Assembly: GCA_951406725.2 (NCBI GenBank)
Contig: OX597833.1
Span: forward strand, 19,592,001-19,656,000
Source of the DNA: Octopus vulgaris
Taxonomy: Eukaryota
Direction of reading: 5' to 3'
Length of the DNA stretch: 64,000 bases
Shown here in pieces: positions 37,062-49,264 of this stretch. How positions within the stretch are numbered: the stretch's first letter is position 1; every line of letters starts with the position of its first letter. A program made the translations under genes and the position numbers. A model generated the notes under the pieces. That model ran no database searches. It was given only the letters and a program-made list of their open reading frames with translations, and was not told the DNA's origin.

Positions 37062-37511
37062 TGTAGTGACACCACTTTGGAAGTCTTCAGCGCGCATGCG
37101 CAGAGTTGGATTTCTTCCAGTAGGCCGCCGGAAGTTCCCTCATGCGCATGTGCAGAGAACTACCGACAGCAAGATTTCCCGCTGTATTGAGCTCTTTCAA
37201 AGCTGCAGCCGAATTGAACAGACGCGTCCTCATAGCTCTCCTAAGCAAGCCAACACGTGGTGAAGCTACTTTATGCTGGAACAAGACAGCATTTGGCTCA
37301 CACAATTTAACTACTGTGACTAGCTCCATGGCCCCTGGCTACCAGTTCACCCTAAAGGAAATATATGTATATATATTATTGCGAATCCATAAAAATATTA
37401 TTTATGCTGTTGAAGATATTCGAAGTCTTGGTTTTCCTTCAACAAATAATTTAATGTAACGGGATGAGACCTGCACCCCTCAAGTGTTCCAGACCTTTCA
37501 TCCTTGTTACA
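37062..37511. mobile_element. Solo LTR (450 bp) inserted in a SINE remnant
   Basis: Begins TGTA and ends TACA, with a 4-bp TSD agct (37058-37061, 37512-37515). The interrupted SINE (gaactcagaatgtaaag-agct-agaaa...ctaagcattttg) reads through when the insert is removed. A 4-bp TSD is typical of Gypsy-like elements. Confidence 0.8.
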
Positions 37512-37699
37512 AGCTAGAAAAAAGGCCACTAAGCATTTTGCCTGAAGTACTAAATGATTTTGCCATCTTGTGGAATCAATGCTGCTTTTTTATTGACCCT
37601 GAAAGGATGAAAAGCAAATTTGAATTCAGTTGAAGAGATTTGTGTTAAGAGCATAGAGATTTAGCCTTAGGATGCAGAGGTTTTAATTAATGGAGATGA

Positions 37700-38402
37700 C
37701 AAGTGAGCCCAGCCCACTTATGAATGCCTTTCCTCCCTTGGACACAAAGACCTGTTGAGGCAAGCGAAGTCGATATAGAACCTCATCCGATGACAGGCAC
37801 CCATGCCAACCCCCTCTGCTTGTGAAGACATGTTGGGGCAAGCGAAATCGAAATCGAAACCGAATTGAACCAGCCAGGATCCCTGGTCTGGTGGTACGTA
37901 AAAAGCACTATCCGACTCGTGGCCGATGCCAGCGCCGCTCCGACTGGCTTCCGTGCCGGTGGCATGTAAAATACTCCAATCCGACCGTACGACAGGCACC
38001 CATGCCAACCCCCTTTGCTTGTGAAGACATGTTGGGGTAAGCGAAATCGAAATCGAATTGAACCAGCCAGGATCCCTGGTCTGGTGGTACGTAAAAAGCA
38101 CTATCCGACTCGTGGCCGATGCCAGCACCGCCTTGACTGGCTTCCGTGCCAGTGGCACATAAAATACACCAATCCGACCGTGGCCGTTGCCAGCCTCACC
38201 TGGCACCTGTGCAGGTGGCACGTAAAAAGGACCCACTACACTCACGGAGTGGTTGGCGTTAGGAAGGGCATCCAGCTGTAGAAACATTGCCAGATTAGAC
38301 TGGAGCCTGGTGCAGCCTTCTGGCTTCCCAGATCCCCGGTCGAACCGTCCAACCCATGCTAGCATGGAGAACGGACGTTAAACGATGATGATGATGATGA
38401 TG
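37700..38402 (+). mobile_element. Family C retroposon with an internal ~200-bp tandem duplication
   Basis: ~37792-37989 is repeated at ~37991-38180 (gacaggcacccatgccaacccc...aatccgaccgt), followed by the family C core and a (GAT)n tail. Confidence 0.8.
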
Positions 38403-38581
38403 AAATTTGAACTCAAGTGTATATGAGTTGCTTGTAATTCAAATTTTGGCACAAGGCCAGCAAGTTTGGAGGAGGGGATAAGTAAATTACATTGACCCCA
38501 GTACTCAACTGGTACTTATTTTATTGACCTTAAAAGGATGAAAGGTAAAGTCAATCTTGGTGGAATTTGACCTCAGAACGT

Positions 38582-39894
38582 AAATCTCTGCATCCTAATG
38601 TAGAAGGATTTAGCAACAATGGAGTTGAGAGGGCTAATGAATACTGATCATAAACAGCCAAATGAGAGAAAAGAAACCCTGCTCTGTGTGGAATTACATG
38701 GTCAGTTCTGCCATGAAACTAACAACTTAAAAAAGACTAGGAAGCATCAGGAAGGGGGCTCAGAAAGAGTCACCTTAAAAGGAACACCGAAAGCCTAATC
38801 ATCACTGCCTAGGACCAGGCATTGAATGCCAACTCAGTGAAAAGGGATGTATATCACACAAGTACAATGAACCTCTGCAAAATATATGGGAAGAAGATTG
38901 AAAGTGACTCACATTGTTAGTGCTTATGAAAGTCTTGCACAGAAAGAGTTCAAGCACAGACATGACAAGGTAGCCAAAAACCTTCACTGGGTACTATGCC
39001 AGAAGTTTGAATATTAAGTAACAAGTGCTTGGTACCAACATACAATGGGAAAGGTAATGGACAAAAACAAGAAGGCAAAGATCCTCTGGGACTTTGACTT
39101 CCAGACAAGGTGTTAGAACACTGAAGGCCGGATACAGTAACCTTTAAGAAGCACAAACAAGAGCACCTAATAATCGATGTGGTAGTGTCAGGAGAAAGCG
39201 AAGGCGCATGGCTCAGTGGTTAGAGCATCGAGCTTACGATTGTGAGCTTGAATCCTGGACCGGGCTGCGTGTTGTGTTCTTGAGCAAGACACTTTATTTC
39301 ACGTTGCTCCAGTTAACTCAGCTGTAGAAATGAGTTGCGACTTCACAGGTGCCAAGCTGTATCAACCTTTGCCTTTCTCTTGGATAACATCAGTGGTGTG
39401 GAGAGGGAAGGTCGGTATGCATGAGCGACTGCTGGTCTTCCATAAACCTTGCCCGGACTTGTGCCTGGGAGGGTAACTTTTTAGGTGTAATCCCATGGTC
39501 TGTGTCGTGACCGAAGTGGGTCTCAGTGTCAGGAGATCAATATATTATCATGAAAGAAAGAGAAAAGGCTGATAAATATGGAGATCTGAGAATTGAGATT
39601 GCCAAGATGTGGCAGTTGCAAGAGTCAAACATAAAGGTTGTTCCTGTTGTTATCAGAGCATTGGGTTCAATATGACCCAACCTGAAGAAACATCTGGACA
39701 CTATAGAAATACCCTACAATCTTGGTGCATTGCAAAAATTGGCTTTACTTAGAACTGGATGCACACTCTGTAAGGTACAGACTGTCTGGGGTGCTTGTGA
39801 CTTGACAGACAGTACAAACCCCCAGTACACACAATATCTTCAATCTACAACATCACAATATTGGATACTGTGCAATGTCTTCAATAATAATAAT
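38582..39894 (+). mobile_element. 5'-truncated R4/Dong-type LINE (restriction-like endonuclease clade), decayed
   Basis: Disrupted translation gives LHGQF, LRKSHLKRNTESLIITA*DQAL, HIVSAYESLAQKEFKHRHDKVAKNLHWVLC, KILWDFDFQT, RPD, LIIDV, KADKYGDLRIEIAKMW and VVPVVI. It ends in (TAA)n, typical of Dong. Confidence 0.88.
39196..39524 (+). mobile_element. tRNA-derived SINE (family D) nested in the R4/Dong LINE
   Basis: A-box-like TGGCTCAGTGG head and a perfect 12-bp TSD agtgtcaggaga (39184-39195, 39525-39536). A related partial copy lies at ~3950-4150. Confidence 0.85.
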
Positions 39895-41703
39895 CCTTTC
39901 TACAATAGGTACAAGGTCTGAAATTTTTGGGGAGAGGGCTAGTCAATTACACTGCTCAACTGATACTTATCTTATTTCTTTATTGCCCACAAGGGGCTAA
40001 ACATAGAGGGGACAAACAAGGACAGACAAAGGGATTAAGTTGATTACATTGACCCCAGTGCTTAACTGGTACTTTATTTATCGACCCCGAAAGGATGAAA
40101 GGCAAAGTCGACCTTGGCAGAATTTGAACTCAGAATGCAGTGGCAGACAAAATACCTATTTCTTTACTACCCACAAGGGGCGACACACAGAAGGGACAAA
40201 CAAATTAAGTCAATTATATCGACCCCAGTGCGTAACTGGTACTTATTTAATCGACCCCGAAAGGATGAAAGGCAAAGTCGACCATGGCGGAATTTGAACT
40301 CAGAACATAATGGCAGACGAAATACAGCTACACATTTCGCCTGGCATGCTAACGTTTCTGCCAGCTCGCCGCCTTTCTCTCTTTACAGGCTTTGTCTGAA
40401 CTTGTATATATTTCTTTACTGCCCACAAGGGGCTAAACATAGAGGGGATAAACAAGGACAGACAAAGGGATTAAGTTGATTACATCGACCCCACTGCGAA
40501 ACTGGTATTTTATTTACCAACCCCGAAAGGATGAAAGGCAAAGTTGACCTCGGCGGAATTTGAACTCACAACGTAACGGCAGACGAAATACCGCTAAGCA
40601 TTTCGCCCGGTGTGCTAACGTTTCTGCCAGCTCATGTTATTGACCCTGAAAGGACGAAAGGCAAAGTTGACCTCAGTGAAATTTGAACTCAGAACATAAA
40701 GACGTATGAAATGCCGCTAAGCATTTTGCCCAGCAAACAATTCTGCCAGCTTGCTGCCTTAATAATATAATAATGCACATACTATCTATTGAGGTAAACT
40801 TTGCCTTTCATCCTTTCGGGGTCAATAAAATAACTACCAGTTGAGTACTGGGGTCGATGTAATCGACATATCCCCTCCCCAAATTGCTGGCCTTGTGTCA
40901 AAATTTAAAACTAATAATAATAATAATAATAGACAGATATTTCTATACTTTTAAATAGTTTACATTTTCTGTATTATGTATTTCCAGAAGACGTGTTGTA
41001 TATGTAATTATCTAAATTTTCAAGTCAACATTTAACATCCTAGAAAAAAACAAAACAAAATAAAGTGAAAGTATAGGAAAATAAACACTATTTTCCATCT
41101 TATAAAGATAAATCTATTTATCAAAAATTATGCGGCAAAAGAGACTGATAGAATAAGTACTTGGCTTACAAAGAATAAGTCCTGGGGTCGATTTGCTTGA
41201 CTAAAGGCGGTGCCCCAGCATAGCCGTAGTCAAATGACTGAAACAAGTAAAAGAGTATGATATGGCTGGAAAATGAATATAATTCTTTCTTCTAGAGGCA
41301 CAGGGCCTGAATATTTGGTGAAGAGGGGTGTGTGTGTGGGGGGACTAATGGATTACATGAACCCCACTACTCAACTGATACTTCATTTATCGACCCCGAA
41401 AAGATGAAAAGCGAAGTCAACCTCGACAGTATTTGAGCTCAGAACGTAGCACCGGAAGAAATACCGCTAAGCATTTTGTCCGGCATGCAAGGATTCTGCC
41501 TGCTTGTCACCTTAATAATCCTTTCTACTATAGATACAATGCCAGAAATTTTGTAGGGGAAGAGGCTAGTCAATTACATCGAGCGCAGTACCCGACTGGT
41601 TCTCTCTCATTCTATCGAACCCGAACGGATAGAAAAGCGAAGTCGACGACGGCGGAATTTGAACTCAGAACGTAAAGAACCGAAAGAAATGCAAACTGAA
41701 CAT
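39895..41703. repeat. Dense cluster of family A SINE copies, including head-to-tail multimers
   Basis: Consecutive minus-strand copies at ~39972-40155, 40156-40373, 40410-40634 and 40637-40760, a plus-strand fragment at ~40788-40912, and further decayed copies at 41280-41703. Confidence 0.85.
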
Positions 41704-41827
41704 TTTGATAAAAAAAAATAAGGTCAACTTCATTAGCAGCAAGGTAAAGAACGACAGGGGGAAAAAAGGAAAATCAAGTCGAAATCTCAAAAACATGCTG
41801 GGTAATTTGCGACGAGGTCAGCAAATG

Positions 41828-41854
41828 ACCCGGAAGTAGAAATCTGACTGACGT
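41828..41854 (+). promoter_or_regulatory. Putative DNM1L proximal promoter motifs: ETS (CCGGAAGT) and CRE-like TGACGT
   Basis: ACCCGGAAGT at 41828-41837 and TGACGT at 41849-41854, near the start of the repeat-free stretch about 560 bp upstream of the ATG. Confidence 0.45.
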
Positions 41855-42398
41855 TTTATACAACATTCCTCCTCCCTCCTCCTCCGACATTGTATGTCTT
41901 TTACTAATATATTATTATTCCTCGATCCCTCCTCTCTACCTGTTTATATTTCTCTCCTCTTCCCGCTCCACTTTCGGTTCTGTTGAGGGAAAACGCTTCT
42001 ATTACCATTGAGACAGTAAGAGGTTTCTTTTTTAAATGAAACCATATTAACCTGGAGATTAGCGATAACCAACTGTGGAATCTCTCTCTCATTCCTTCGG
42101 TCTCTTTCTCAAACATTCTCATCGATGCTGTTCAATTATTTGTAAATTATTTCCTCATTACTCATTTCTTTTCGACCCTATTCTCTCTCATTTTTTGGTT
42201 TTCAACATTCTTCTTTATGTAACGCACACCAAACTCTCTTCTACCAAAGCCATGGTTTGTATATATAACGACAGTGATGTCTAAGTAGTAAAAAAAAAAG
42301 TAAGCTTTGAAGCTTTTTTTTTTTTTTCAACCCATATTTATTGAGAGAAATCCTTTCCCCCGACTCTTCGACTGCTCGAGCAGTATCAGTTGTTAGCT

Positions 42399-42500
42399 AT
42401 GGAGCATCTGATCCCGGTCATTAACAAATTACAGGATGTCTTCAATACAGTCGGTTCGGAAACCATTCAACTTCCACAGATCGTGGTGATCGGAAGTCAG
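42399..42500 (+). CDS. DNM1L: Dynamin-1-like protein (Drp1) coding exon 1
   Basis: ATG...AGT CAG|gtaaat, 102 nt, encoding [34 protein letters not shown]. This is nearly identical to the Drp1 N-terminus (human [34 protein letters not shown]), with the intron splitting the P-loop. Exon 2 (SSGKSS...) was not found in the window. Confidence 0.93.
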
Positions 42501-44967
42501 GTAAATAAATGCCTTTTTTTAAATAAACACCTCTGCTATTAATTATATGCATTACTAAGGTTAATGAGCGAGTATATATATTTATGTTTGCGAGTATACA
42601 TTTCATGCTACTCCTCTGACCGTACTAAGTTTACTTCAATCTGACCTGTTTGATTATTTAAATTGAAACTATAGCTATTTCAGTTCCTATTTTTATATTT
42701 CTGTATCTATTTTTAAAAGATATTTAAAAGCAGCTTGATAGGAAATTTGTCGTGTATTTAATTAAACATACCTTATAGTCTTACAGCAAAATCGTTAGTA
42801 ATACTATTGCTATTTCAATTACTCTCTCGCACACGGTTGTGTATATTTCACTGTTTTGTGTCGTCAGAAAATAACGACTTGCTGTTTCTCCTAATATCTT
42901 GTCACATTTTCTATATCGATATGCTTGAGAAAAATATCGAATCGTTTTATATTTAGCTACTATATTGCTCGATCTGTTCCGCTTTCTCTGCACTTATGTC
43001 ACTGACCTTCAAGAAGAACATTCAGTTGGTGACTCCTTTTTGCTTTTCAAGCGCAACATATATATCGCATCTTGAAAATTTATACCAGTGAAATATCGAT
43101 AAGCTTCTTTATTGCTATTTTTCTGAGAAATCTCGAATATTTTATTATCATTTCAGAGTTTCTAATAATTGTAATAGAACAAGTGCGAACTGTTCGACAT
43201 CATTAGTGGCCGGCTCTACACCATATTTCATATTAAGAACAAATTAACAGGGACTTGCATATAGATTAATTAATACAAGCCTTGTACGTCTTCTGTAGGA
43301 TATTTATATATTGACTAACTTTATATTAAGTCTATTATCATATTTCTGTGCATTGGCTTCTGTTCTGCATTTATTGCAAGCTTAACAGGGACAAGAAAGA
43401 CCTTGATTGATTTCCCTCCTATTTTTTTCTTTTTCTGTTGATAGTAAAAAGCAGATGACTAGGGGCTGTTCACTTGTGATTTTTTTCATTTGTGAAATTA
43501 AAAAATAGAAAGGAAAGCAATTTAAGCACATTGCCTTTCTGGTAATGAATGAATAGACAATTTTCCGAACTGTTGAATACGTTTTCCTCTGAATGAATTG
43601 TCACATGATATAATGAATAACACTACATATTGTTATCGGGGAACCCAGTTGAAGTAATATATATATATATTTTACCTAGCTAGATGGATCGTCTTTAATT
43701 TGAGTATAAGGACCTGATACTTCAACTGCAACCATTGAGACATTTCGCTTCACTTCACGCCATTGTGAAAGAAATGTCTTAGTGTCACGGCATCCCTTTC
43801 TTCTTAATATATATCTATATATCTACACATACATGAGACTTTATGCCTATCTGAGAAATCAATTTAATATACCACCAGAGGTGTCTTTGGAAACCACACA
43901 TATCTACACATTCCCCTCTTCCACACCAGATACTGTTGCCTTACATATATTACTCTTAACACTCCCACCATTTGCATCTCCGTCAGTATTTGTGCATCTG
44001 CAGTTCTACGTGCACCCGCTTCGGTCGATGGTAGTCAGGGCGATAGATTTATATCTGCAAATAAATGGCAGTCAACCTTGCGAACAGTAGTATCGTTTTT
44101 CTTTTTCATCTCGAGTATTTTTGGAGGACAGACAACCCGCTATCTTCCTCATTTCAACTGTGAGCTAGTAGCTTTATTCTCCGTGTTAATTATCAGGTTT
44201 TCTAGACGATCGTTTACATTCATGGAGGAAATGTTTTCTACAGCTTGCTCATGTTCACCGCGTGTCCTTCACTAAAATAGTGATAATAATGGACTTGCTC
44301 CAGGCCTTACATTAAAGCACTGCCAAGGTTAAAGTGGATGTGTATAATAAATATCTTTTTTTCGGTCAACAATTATCATTAGCGCACACACATAAAGCAT
44401 TAATTAAAATATTGCTAGCTATTAGTATACCGCAGTGTTTTTCTGTATGGGCGGGGTTCAACACTTTTTTTTTCTCTTTAAAAAATGTTTTGTAACCAGT
44501 ACCTGCCATAATATGTCTGTTATTTCTTAAACTAAGTCTGAATCAGCTGTCATTGTTTGAAAAAAATGCAACTGAAAGTAAATTAAAGAATGACCTAGCA
44601 GTTCCCCCAATATGTTGTTATTCGAGAATCGTTGTCGATGTTTCGTTCGTGGTCGTCGTCTAAGCAGCACTCGAGTCTGCTGCAATGTCAGTTTCAATTC
44701 CTGGCTATCGTCGTATCATTCCATTTCATTGATGTTAATATCTCTGAGAAATGCACGAACTCAACATAATCAATTTCCTTTTAAAAAAGTAAATGTCTTC
44801 TGTCTAAGAAATCAATAGAAGTTGAATGATTTATTAAACCCTCTTGTCAAATACCGAGTAAGTCCTTTTGCATAGTGCGTGCGCGCAAGTGTGCACGTAC
44901 AAGTGTGCACGTACTTGAAGTTGCTCTACGTCGATTTCTCCGTTCCGATTACCCAGCTGATTTAGTG

Positions 44968-45165
44968 TATGTGTATATATATTTTGTGTGTATATATATT
45001 TTGTGTGTATATATATTTTGTGTGTATATATATTTTGTGTGTATATATATTTTGTGTATGTGTGTGTGTGTGTATTTTATATATATATATATATATTATA
45101 TATAAATATACACACACACACATACACAAAATATATATACGCACAAAATATATATGCACACAAAT
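44968..45165. repeat. 16-18-bp minisatellite (tgtgtatatatatttt) with inverted copies across a (TA)n centre
   Basis: About five direct units at 44968-45057 and reverse-complement units (cacaaaatatatat) at 45125-45160. Confidence 0.8.
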
Positions 45166-45353
45166 ATATGAGTTTGATTTGAGAACATAATCTTTTTGTG
45201 GAGGATGGCGATTTGACGTCTATATCTAGCATGTTGACTGTCCACTTTTCGTGTTCACTCCTTAATTGGTATATATAAATATTTTAATCTTCGGATTCTT
45301 TTTAATATGCTAGACCACTGGTTTTAATTGACTAATATCAATTTCTACCCTTA

Positions 45354-45385
<32 letters not shown>

Positions 45386-46169
45386 AATAATGTATATATA
45401 ATTGTTCTGCTGACAGAGTCGTAAGGGCGTTGGATAAATTGCTTTATGGTATTCATTTCCGACATTCTTCCTGCCCTCTGAACTCGAATTCTCTTGAAGT
45501 CAACTTCGCCTTTCATCTCTTCGGGGGTCGATAAATTAAGTACTGGTGGCGATTCTTCTCTTTTCCTCCTGGAAGAAATCGACCTTGGTCGGACCTGGAT
45601 GGCGATGGGTTCCACCTGATCTAAAATTACCCAAGACACATCGTATGTCACGAAGGCACTCCTACAAAACCCATCAAAGTGAAGTTCGACCCTCGGCGAG
45701 ATTTGAACTCAAAGCGCAAAGGGAAGCTACTAAATACTGCAAGGCATTTTGTCTAGAACTCTACAGATTCTAAAATATCTTTATAATTCATACTAGATCA
45801 GTGTTTTTTTTGTTTTTTTGTAAACCAATTTTACAGGAGTATTTATCAATCTTAGGGTGTTGGACAGCAAAGTTACATCTGGTAGAATTCGAAGTCAGAT
45901 CATAGAGACCCAAAGCTAGACCAAGTAAATACTGGTAGATGTTTTAGCCCAGTGTTCTGGTCCTATCACTATTCCATCCACTGCCTAATCAGTCATTAAT
46001 AATGTCTTGGAGGAAAGCTTAAAGCTTTTTGGTTGTTTATGTTTTTTTTTTTTGGGGGGGGTTAATTTTTATACTATAGTCGAGGCCAGTTGGTTATTGC
46101 TATTGTGGTTGTACTTTCTCGTGCATTCTACCTGACCATTTGGACTTTACCATGCAGTCTACCTGTAAG

Positions 46170-46269
46170 CCTAATCCTAAACCCTAACCTGTAACCTAAC
46201 TCTTAACTCTGACTGCCTCCTAACTCTTATCATAAACCCTAGCTCTGGTCCCTACTCTAACCCTAATCC
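46170..46269. repeat. Degenerate (CCCTAA)-like tandem repeat
   Basis: cctaat cctaaa ccctaa cctgtaa cctaa ctctta...ctctaa ccctaa. Confidence 0.6.
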
Positions 46270-46966
46270 AGATCAGGTCATTTCACAGCATAGACTGTGG
46301 ATATTGCAGTAGGCCACATGCTAAAGCAGCACCCTTGTTTAGTTTTGAGTTGATCCTGTGCAAATCTAAGACTTTTCACTCCTGACTAATCCATTCTATT
46401 TCTTGTCTCCCAGATTACCCCAAGTAGTGTATCCATTTTTCTTTAATGGGTACCCCAGATTACTTTAAACAATGTGCCCATTATTTTTAAGAGTACAGTT
46501 TTCAGGAGGTTTGTGTGCTATTTCTAGCAGTTAAACAACTACATAGAAGTTGGCTTAGCTTGAATAATTTGTGATTTATAGCATGTAAATGCCAAACAAA
46601 GCGTAAACATTTCTCTAATTACAATGTTTATTAACATTTCTTAGTGATCCATTTAGAGTGTAACTCTTTTGATGCCAACCAACTAGAAACTACCCTTGGT
46701 TCTATGATGCAAATTCCCTGTTTTAAAGTGACCTAAATTAAAACCTTCCACACAAAATTTCATGTTAATTTTACTCTTTTACTTGTTTCAGTCATTTGAC
46801 TGCGGCCATGCTGGAGCACCGCCTTTAGTCGAGCAAATCGACCCCGGGACTTATTTTTTGTAAGCCCAGTACTTATTCTATCGGTCCCTTTTGCCGAACT
46901 GCTAAGTGACGAGGACGTGAGCATACCAGCATTGGTTGTCAAGCAATGCTAGGGGGACAAACACAG

Positions 46967-46997
<31 letters not shown>

Positions 46998-47934
46998 CAT
47001 ATATACGACAGGCTTCTTTCAGTTTCCGTCTACCAAATCCACTCACAAGGCATTGGTCGGCCCGGGGCTATAGCAGAAGACACTTGCCCAAAATGCCACA
47101 CAGTGGGACTGAACCCGGAACCATGTGGTTGGTTAGCAAGCTACTTACCACACAGCCACTCCAGCTTGATAATGACATCGTTTTAATAAATTCTCTATTA
47201 TTTACAAATTTAACTGAACCGAAGACATTGCTGTTCCAACAGAAATATAGTAATGAAGGAGTTTAGAAGAAAATGAAATAACTGATACTGACTGAATAAA
47301 ATTCCTTTATTCTGAAGTAAAATTCATTAGATTTTTTTCCTGTAAAATTTTACTGGAAAACATGTAATTTTCTTTCTTTTTCTTCTTTTTTTTTTGAAAA
47401 TAAATTTTCTTTTTTGTAACTCTTTTGAAAACATTTTAGAGGTCAGTGTTGGGTTATGTCAGTAAAGCATGAGTAATTCAAATCGGTTTGAGGCAATTTC
47501 ATGTTGCTTTCACTAACACCTCTCCCTGACAGACAATAGAAATTTGTCATTCACAGTGGAATTTCTGCTGCTAATTGTTATAGGACTTCTTAATTTGTAA
47601 TGTCTCTTGGTAGTAAGAAAAAAAAAATCTTTTGACGAGCTGGAAAAAGGTAAATTTTGTTGAGGGTACACAGTTGGCTGAATACATATACAGGTATGGC
47701 GGTGTAGTTATGAAGTTCTCTTTATAACCACAAGGTTTCAGGTTCAATTAATGCCTTTGACCACAGTACTTGACTGGAGTGGTAAGTAGCTTGCTTACCA
47801 ACCACATGGTTCTGGGTTCAGTCCCACTGTGTAGCACCTTATGCAAGTGTCTTCTACTATATAGCCTCAGGCCAACCAAAGCCTTGTGAGTGAATCTGGT
47901 AGACGGAAACTAAAAGTAGCCTGTCGTATATATT

Positions 47935-47986
<52 letters not shown>

Positions 47987-49044
47987 CCCGTGCCGGTGGC
48001 ACGTAAAGAGCACCATCCGTTCGTGGCCGTTGCCAGCTCCGTCTGGCACCTGTGCGGGTGGCATGTAAAAAGCACCCACTACACTCGCGGAGTGGTTGGC
48101 GTTAGGAAGGGCATCCAGCCGTAGAAACACTGCCAGATCAGACTGGGCCTGATGCAGCCTTCTGGCTTCACAGACCCCAGTTGAACCGTCCAACCCATGC
48201 TAGCATGGAAAACGGACGCTAAATGATGATGATGATGATATATATGTGTTTGTGTGTCTGTGTTTGTCCCCCCAACATTGCTTGACAACCGATGCTGGCA
48301 TGCTTACATCCCCATAACTTTGTGGTTTGACAAAAGAGACCGATAGAATAAGTACTAGGCTTACAAAGAATAAGTCCTGGGGTCGATTTGCTCGACTAAA
48401 GGCAGTGCTCCAGCATGACTGCAGTCAAATGACTGAAACAAGTAAAAGAACCCTGGAGGAATGAAAGGCAAAGTTGAGCTTGGCGGGATTTAAACTAGGG
48501 TTTCCGATTTAGATATGAAACCAGCAATTTTGTTTTTAGGGTTGCATTTACACTAGTATTTGACTAGTACTTTATTGCCCCCGAGTGATTGAAGGCACTG
48601 TTGACCTTGGTAGGATTTGAACTCAAAATGTAAAAATCCAGAACAAATACCACAAAGCATTTTCAGCTCTCTAAAGATTCTGCCAGCTTGCCAATAATAA
48701 TAAGTTCCTTATATTAGTAGCGGTCAAAAGTTTTTTTCAGAACTGTTTGGTCAAATTAATCTTGCTATTTTGATGGTACTTATTTTATTGATCTAGGAAG
48801 AATTTGAACTCAGCCATAGTTCAAAGGTAATTGCTTGATTTGTCACAGAGTATGCAAAAAAAAAAAATTCAATGTAACATATAAAGAAAAATCATTGCAA
48901 GCATTGTTTTTTTCCCCCCTATGCTAGTATAGGTTGGCAGTCTCTCATCCCACTTCAATTCTTCTTACCTACACTGTCTCCTCCTTTTTGCCGAGGGTTT
49001 TACATCTGGATATTCTTCCTAACATAAACAACATTGCAGATTAA

Positions 49045-49264
49045 CCCTTTGGTGTTCAGATTACTCTGTTAAATGTAATACTTTTTCACTCAAATTGTTT
49101 TGAATTAATCATGCATTATGTTATAGCTTTGAGGTTTCAATGATATGATTGTTTATATTTAGAATGACACTGTAGGTTAGGTGTGAGAGGCTAGATATGG
49201 CCAGTTTGAATATAAAACATGTAGAATATTTGGGCCAGATATGACTGGTTTAAACACTAAAGAG
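49045..49264. mobile_element. piggyBac-type MITE, second family
   Basis: TTAA|CCCTTT...AAAGAG|TTAA. Homologous copies at 49729-50260 (interrupted by family C) and, in reverse orientation, 53574-53792; both are TTAA-flanked. Confidence 0.8.

Noticed and set aside
37142-37459. 105-aa ORF
   Set aside because: Lies entirely within the solo LTR; no recognisable protein similarity.
44254-44269. Partial complement to miR-124 (ttcaccgcgtg-t-cctt)
   Set aside because: The seed match is interrupted by an extra base, no hairpin partner arm is evident, and the site is intronic. Plausibly chance.
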